From the human T2T-CHM13v2.0 reference genome, Homo sapiens: 64,000 bases of DNA. Below the pieces are notes generated by a model, which was given only the letters and a program-made list of their open reading frames with translations, searched no databases and was not told the origin of the DNA. Shown piece after piece: positions 56,254 to 64,000 of this stretch; position 1 is the first letter of the stretch, and every line of letters starts with the position of its first letter. Where the stretch lies: NCBI RefSeq assembly GCF_009914755.1, contig NC_060928.1; one strand, 5' to 3'. The position numbers were made by a program, and so were the translations under genes.

Positions 56254-57408
56254 TTCTAACGCTGATATGGCAAATTTCAAGTTAAAAAAAAGATAGATTC
56301 AGTATACAAAAAACTCAAACAAAACTACAATCAAAACGAAAAGGAAAAATACTAGAACTATAGTTCCAATAAAAATGAGATGGAGGTGGGTGGTGCCAAG
56401 ATGGCCGAATAGGAACAGCTCCAGTCTACAGCTCCCAGTGTGAGCGATGCAGAAGACGGGTGATTTCTGCATTTCCAACTGAGGTACCGGGCGCATCTCA
56501 CTGGGGAGTGTCAGAAAGTGGGTGCAGGACAGTGGGTGCAGCGCACCAAGCATGAGATGAAGCAGGGCGAGGCATCGCCTCACCCAGGAAGCGCAAGGGG
56601 TCAGGGAATTCCCTTTTCTAGTCAAAGAAAGGGGTGACACACGGCACCTGGAAAATCAGGTCACTCCCACCCTAATGCCGCACTTTTCCAACGGTCTTAG
56701 CAAACAGCACACCAGGAGAATTATATCCCGTGCCAGGCTCGGAGGGTCCTACGCCCACGGAGCCTCGCTCATTGCTAGCACAGCAGTCTGAGATCAAACT
56801 GCAAGGTGGCAGTGAGGCTGGGGGAGGGGTGCCCACCACTGCCAAGGATTGAGTAGGTAAACAAAGTGGCCTGGAAGCTGGAACTTGGTGGAGCCCACCA
56901 CAGCTCAAGGAGGCCTGCCTGCCTCTGTAGACTCCACCTCTGGGGGCAGGGCATAGCCAAACAAAAGGCAGCAGAAACCTCTGCAGACTTAAACGTCCCT
57001 GTCTGACAGCTTTGAAGAGAGTAGTGGTTCTCCCAGCATGCAGCTGGAGATCTGAGAACTGACAGACTGCCTCAAGTGGGTCCCTGACCCCCAAGCCTAA
57101 CTGGGAGGCACCCCCCAGTAGGGGCAGACTGACACCTCACACAGCCAGGTACTCCTCTGAGAAAAAACTTCCAGAGGAACGATCAGGCAGCAACATTTAC
57201 TGCTCACCAATATCCGCTGTTCTGCAGCCTCCGCTGCTGATACCCAGGCAAACAGGGTCTGGAGTGGACCTCCAGCAAACTCCAACAGACCTGCAGCTGA
57301 GGGTCCTGACTGTTAGAAGGAAAACTAACAAACAGAAAGGACATCCACACCAAAACCCCATCTGTACGTCACCATCATCAAAGACCAAAGGTAGATAAAA
57401 CCACAAAG

Positions 57409-58411
57409 ATGGGGGAAAAACAGAGCAGAAAAATTGGAAACTCTAAAAATCAGAGCACCTCTCCTCCTCCAAAGGAACGCAGCTCCTCAACAGCAGTGGA
57501 ACAAAGCTGGACGGAGAATGACTTTGACGAGTTGAGAGAAGAAGGCTTCAGATGATCAAACTACTCTGACCTAAAGGAGGAAGTTCAAACCCATGGCAAA
57601 GAAGTTAAAAACCTTGAAAAAAAATTAGACAAATGGCTAACTAGAATAACCAATGCAGAGAAGTCCTTAAAGGACCTGATGGAGCTGAAAACCAAGGCAT
57701 GAGAACTACGTGATGAATGCAGAAGCCTCAGTAGCCGATTCGATCAACTGGAAGAAAGGGTATCAGTGATGGAAGATTAAATGAATGAAATGAAGCGAGA
57801 AGAGAAGTTTAGAGAAAAAAAGAATAAAAAGAAATGAACAAAGCCTCCAAGAAATATGGGACTATGTGAAAAGACCAAATCTACTTCTGATTGGTGGAGC
57901 TGAAAGTGACAGGGAGAATGACACTCTGCAGGATATTATCCAGGAGAACTTCCCCAATCTAGCAAGGCAGGCCAACATTCAAATTCAGGAAATACAGAGA
58001 ACACCACCAAGATACTCCTCCAGAAGAGCAACTCCAAGACACACAATTGTCAGATTCACCAAAGTTGAAATGAAGGAAAAAATGTTAAGGGCAGCCAGAG
58101 AGAAAGGTCGGGTTACCCAAAAAGGGAAGCCCATCAGACCAACAGCTGATCTCTCAGCAGAAGCTCTATAAGCCAGAAGAGAGTGGGGGCCAATATTCAA
58201 CATTCTTAAAGAAAAGAATTTTCAACTCAGAATTTCATATGCAGCCAAACTAAGCTTCATAAGTGAAGGAGAAATAAAATCCTTAACAGACAAGCAAATG
58301 CTAAGAGATTTTGTCACCACCAGGCCTGCCCTAAAAGAGCTTCTGAAGGAAGCAGTAAACATAGAAAGGAACAACCGGTACCAGCCACTGCAAAAATGTG
58401 ACAAATTGTAA
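57409..58411 (+). pseudogene. L1 ORF1p, disrupted
   Basis: ATG GGG GAA AAA CAG AGC AGA...; early TGA after EEGFR and further stops; remnant ORF 57866..58171 (IIQENFPNLARQ). Confidence 0.92.
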
Positions 58412-58460
58412 AGACCGAAACCGCATCAACTAATGAGCAAAATAACCAGCTAACATCATA

Positions 58461-62286
<3,826 letters not shown>

Positions 62287-62599
62287 ACAATGAGAACACA
62301 TGGACACAGGAAGGGGAACATCACACACCGGGGCCTGTTGTGTGGCTTGGGGAGTGGGGAGGGATAGCATTAGGAGATACACCTAATGTTAAATGACGAG
62401 TTAATGACTGCAGCACACCAACATGGCACATGTATACATATGTAACTAACCAGCACGTTGTGCACATGTACCCTAAAACTTAACGTATAAAAAAGAAAAA
62501 AAAATCAAGTTGCCATTTAAGTATTAGCTGAATGTAAAAAATAAAAAAAATAAAAAAGAGATGGAATTAATATCTATGTCTAGAACTAGAATTTTATGC

Positions 62600-64000
62600 A
62601 AATTTCTAAGAAAACGATACACAACAGCAACAGAGTAAAAGTGAAGAGAAAGGGTAGACAATGCATTGAAAACAAAACACAGAGATTCCAAAAGAGAGCA
62701 TCACCTAACAAGTGAAAAGGCCAGCCAATCTACAATCATAAACTTTCTTGAGCCCATTGCAGAGCTGAGGTGAAAAAAAGCAGTGAGATGAACTGCTTCC
62801 GAAGAGTGACAAGTCCCACCAAGAAAAGACCAGGCACATGAACTGCTTACCTTTAGCAGAACATGGGAGGAAGAGGTAGTTGCAATAAAGGCAGGTAAGA
62901 GGAAAACAGCTAAAATGTCTTTAAAACTTTTAAAGGCTGAGTGTAGACTAGTGTGACAGGCTTAGTACAATGGGGGACCGGGGGGTACCAGACACAAGGG
63001 GTCCTGCACTCACTCACAAGCATGCCTATGGCAGGTGCTCAAAACATAAATCAGGAGCAGGTCTAGAGACTAAAAAAAGTCTTCCTCAGTGGGGCACAGG
63101 CAAAAAAACTATGCTCACTCACCAGACCCTTCTTTCATATCCACAAAAGCCTTAAGCTAATGAAAAAGGAAAGGAAACCCTCAAACCTTCCCAGGGTCCT
63201 CTGTTTCTGGGTGAGGGGTGGAAGCAAATATGGTCTGCCACAAAGGAGGAGATGAAGGAAACCCTTTTGGGCCCAAGATCCTGCATTCATACAAACCAGG
63301 TAGCCAGTACAAAACAGATATAAAACATGCTAATGCATGTGAGGAAAAGAAAACTCCCCTCCAAGCCTCCCAGGGTGAAAGCAGAGATTAGCTGTTATGC
63401 AGGGAGGGGAAGGAGCACTGAGAAAAACCCACCTCAAGACTCAGGAGCACAGGTCACGCCTAAGACTGAAGGTGGGCCAGGAAACTGAGAATCATCACCA
63501 CTTCGCAGTCATGAGCCTAGCACCAAGTGATAAGCCACAGCAGTATGCTGCTGAGAGACAAGCAGGAGGAAGACTCCTTCTGTGGTACAGGCATACAGGG
63601 AACACTGAGGATGAAGCAGGAACACTAAGAAAAACCCATGAGCAGGCCAGGCCCCACACTAAGTACAAGGTAAAAGAGCCCACCACTACAGAAATTTGAA
63701 GCCTCTGGTGCATTAAGAATAACTTCATAAGGAATAAGGACAGCCAAATCCAGCTGAGGGCTAAATCAACCTACTACAGTAACAGTATGACAGAAAATGA
63801 AACATGCCCATGACATAAACACTACCTCAATCTCTACTGTACATCTAGACACAGTGTCCAGCATTCACAAAAAATTACAAGATACACCAAGAAAGCAAGA
63901 AAAACTACCCACTGTCAAGAGATATGACAAAGAAATCTCAACAAAATGAGATTCAGAAATAACACACATGTTCAAACCATGAGGCAGGACTTTTTTTTTT
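62600..64000 (+). mobile_element. Probable ancient L1M 5' region
   Basis: aaaattacaagatacaccaagaaagcaagaaaa...gattcagaaataacacacatgttcaaa resembles the old L1M 5'/ORF1 lead-in; weak. Confidence 0.4.

Overview
Primate (very probably human) genomic DNA, AT-rich and repeat-dense. The window lies inside PAPSS1 (bifunctional APS kinase / ATP sulfurylase) on the minus strand. Six internal coding exons read by hand (44377-44264, 41314-41203, 39207-39002, 37933-37798, 29377-29109, 16167-15938; 1067 nt; exons 6-11 by recalled numbering) have GT-AG boundaries and consistent phases. They encode most of the ATP-sulfurylase domain. The kinase exons and the last exon lie outside the window. Introns hold a full-length but disrupted L1PA4-type LINE, a full-length HSMAR2 mariner, eight Alus or Alu fragments, several solo LTRs and old MIR/L2/L1M/MER pieces. 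Most notable observations: (1) a ~125-bp, ~92%-identical inverted duplication of apparently non-repeat sequence brackets the frame-preserving exon 8+9 block (342 nt, stop-free if circularised), and a third partial copy could compete for pairing; (2) the L1 carries a probable 31-bp 3' transduction, and its antisense promoter points at the kinase/sulfurylase domain boundary; (3) two patchwork templated-insertion scars. Repeat subfamily names come from recalled consensus sequences, not database searches. No prokaryote-type system (CRISPR etc.) is present.
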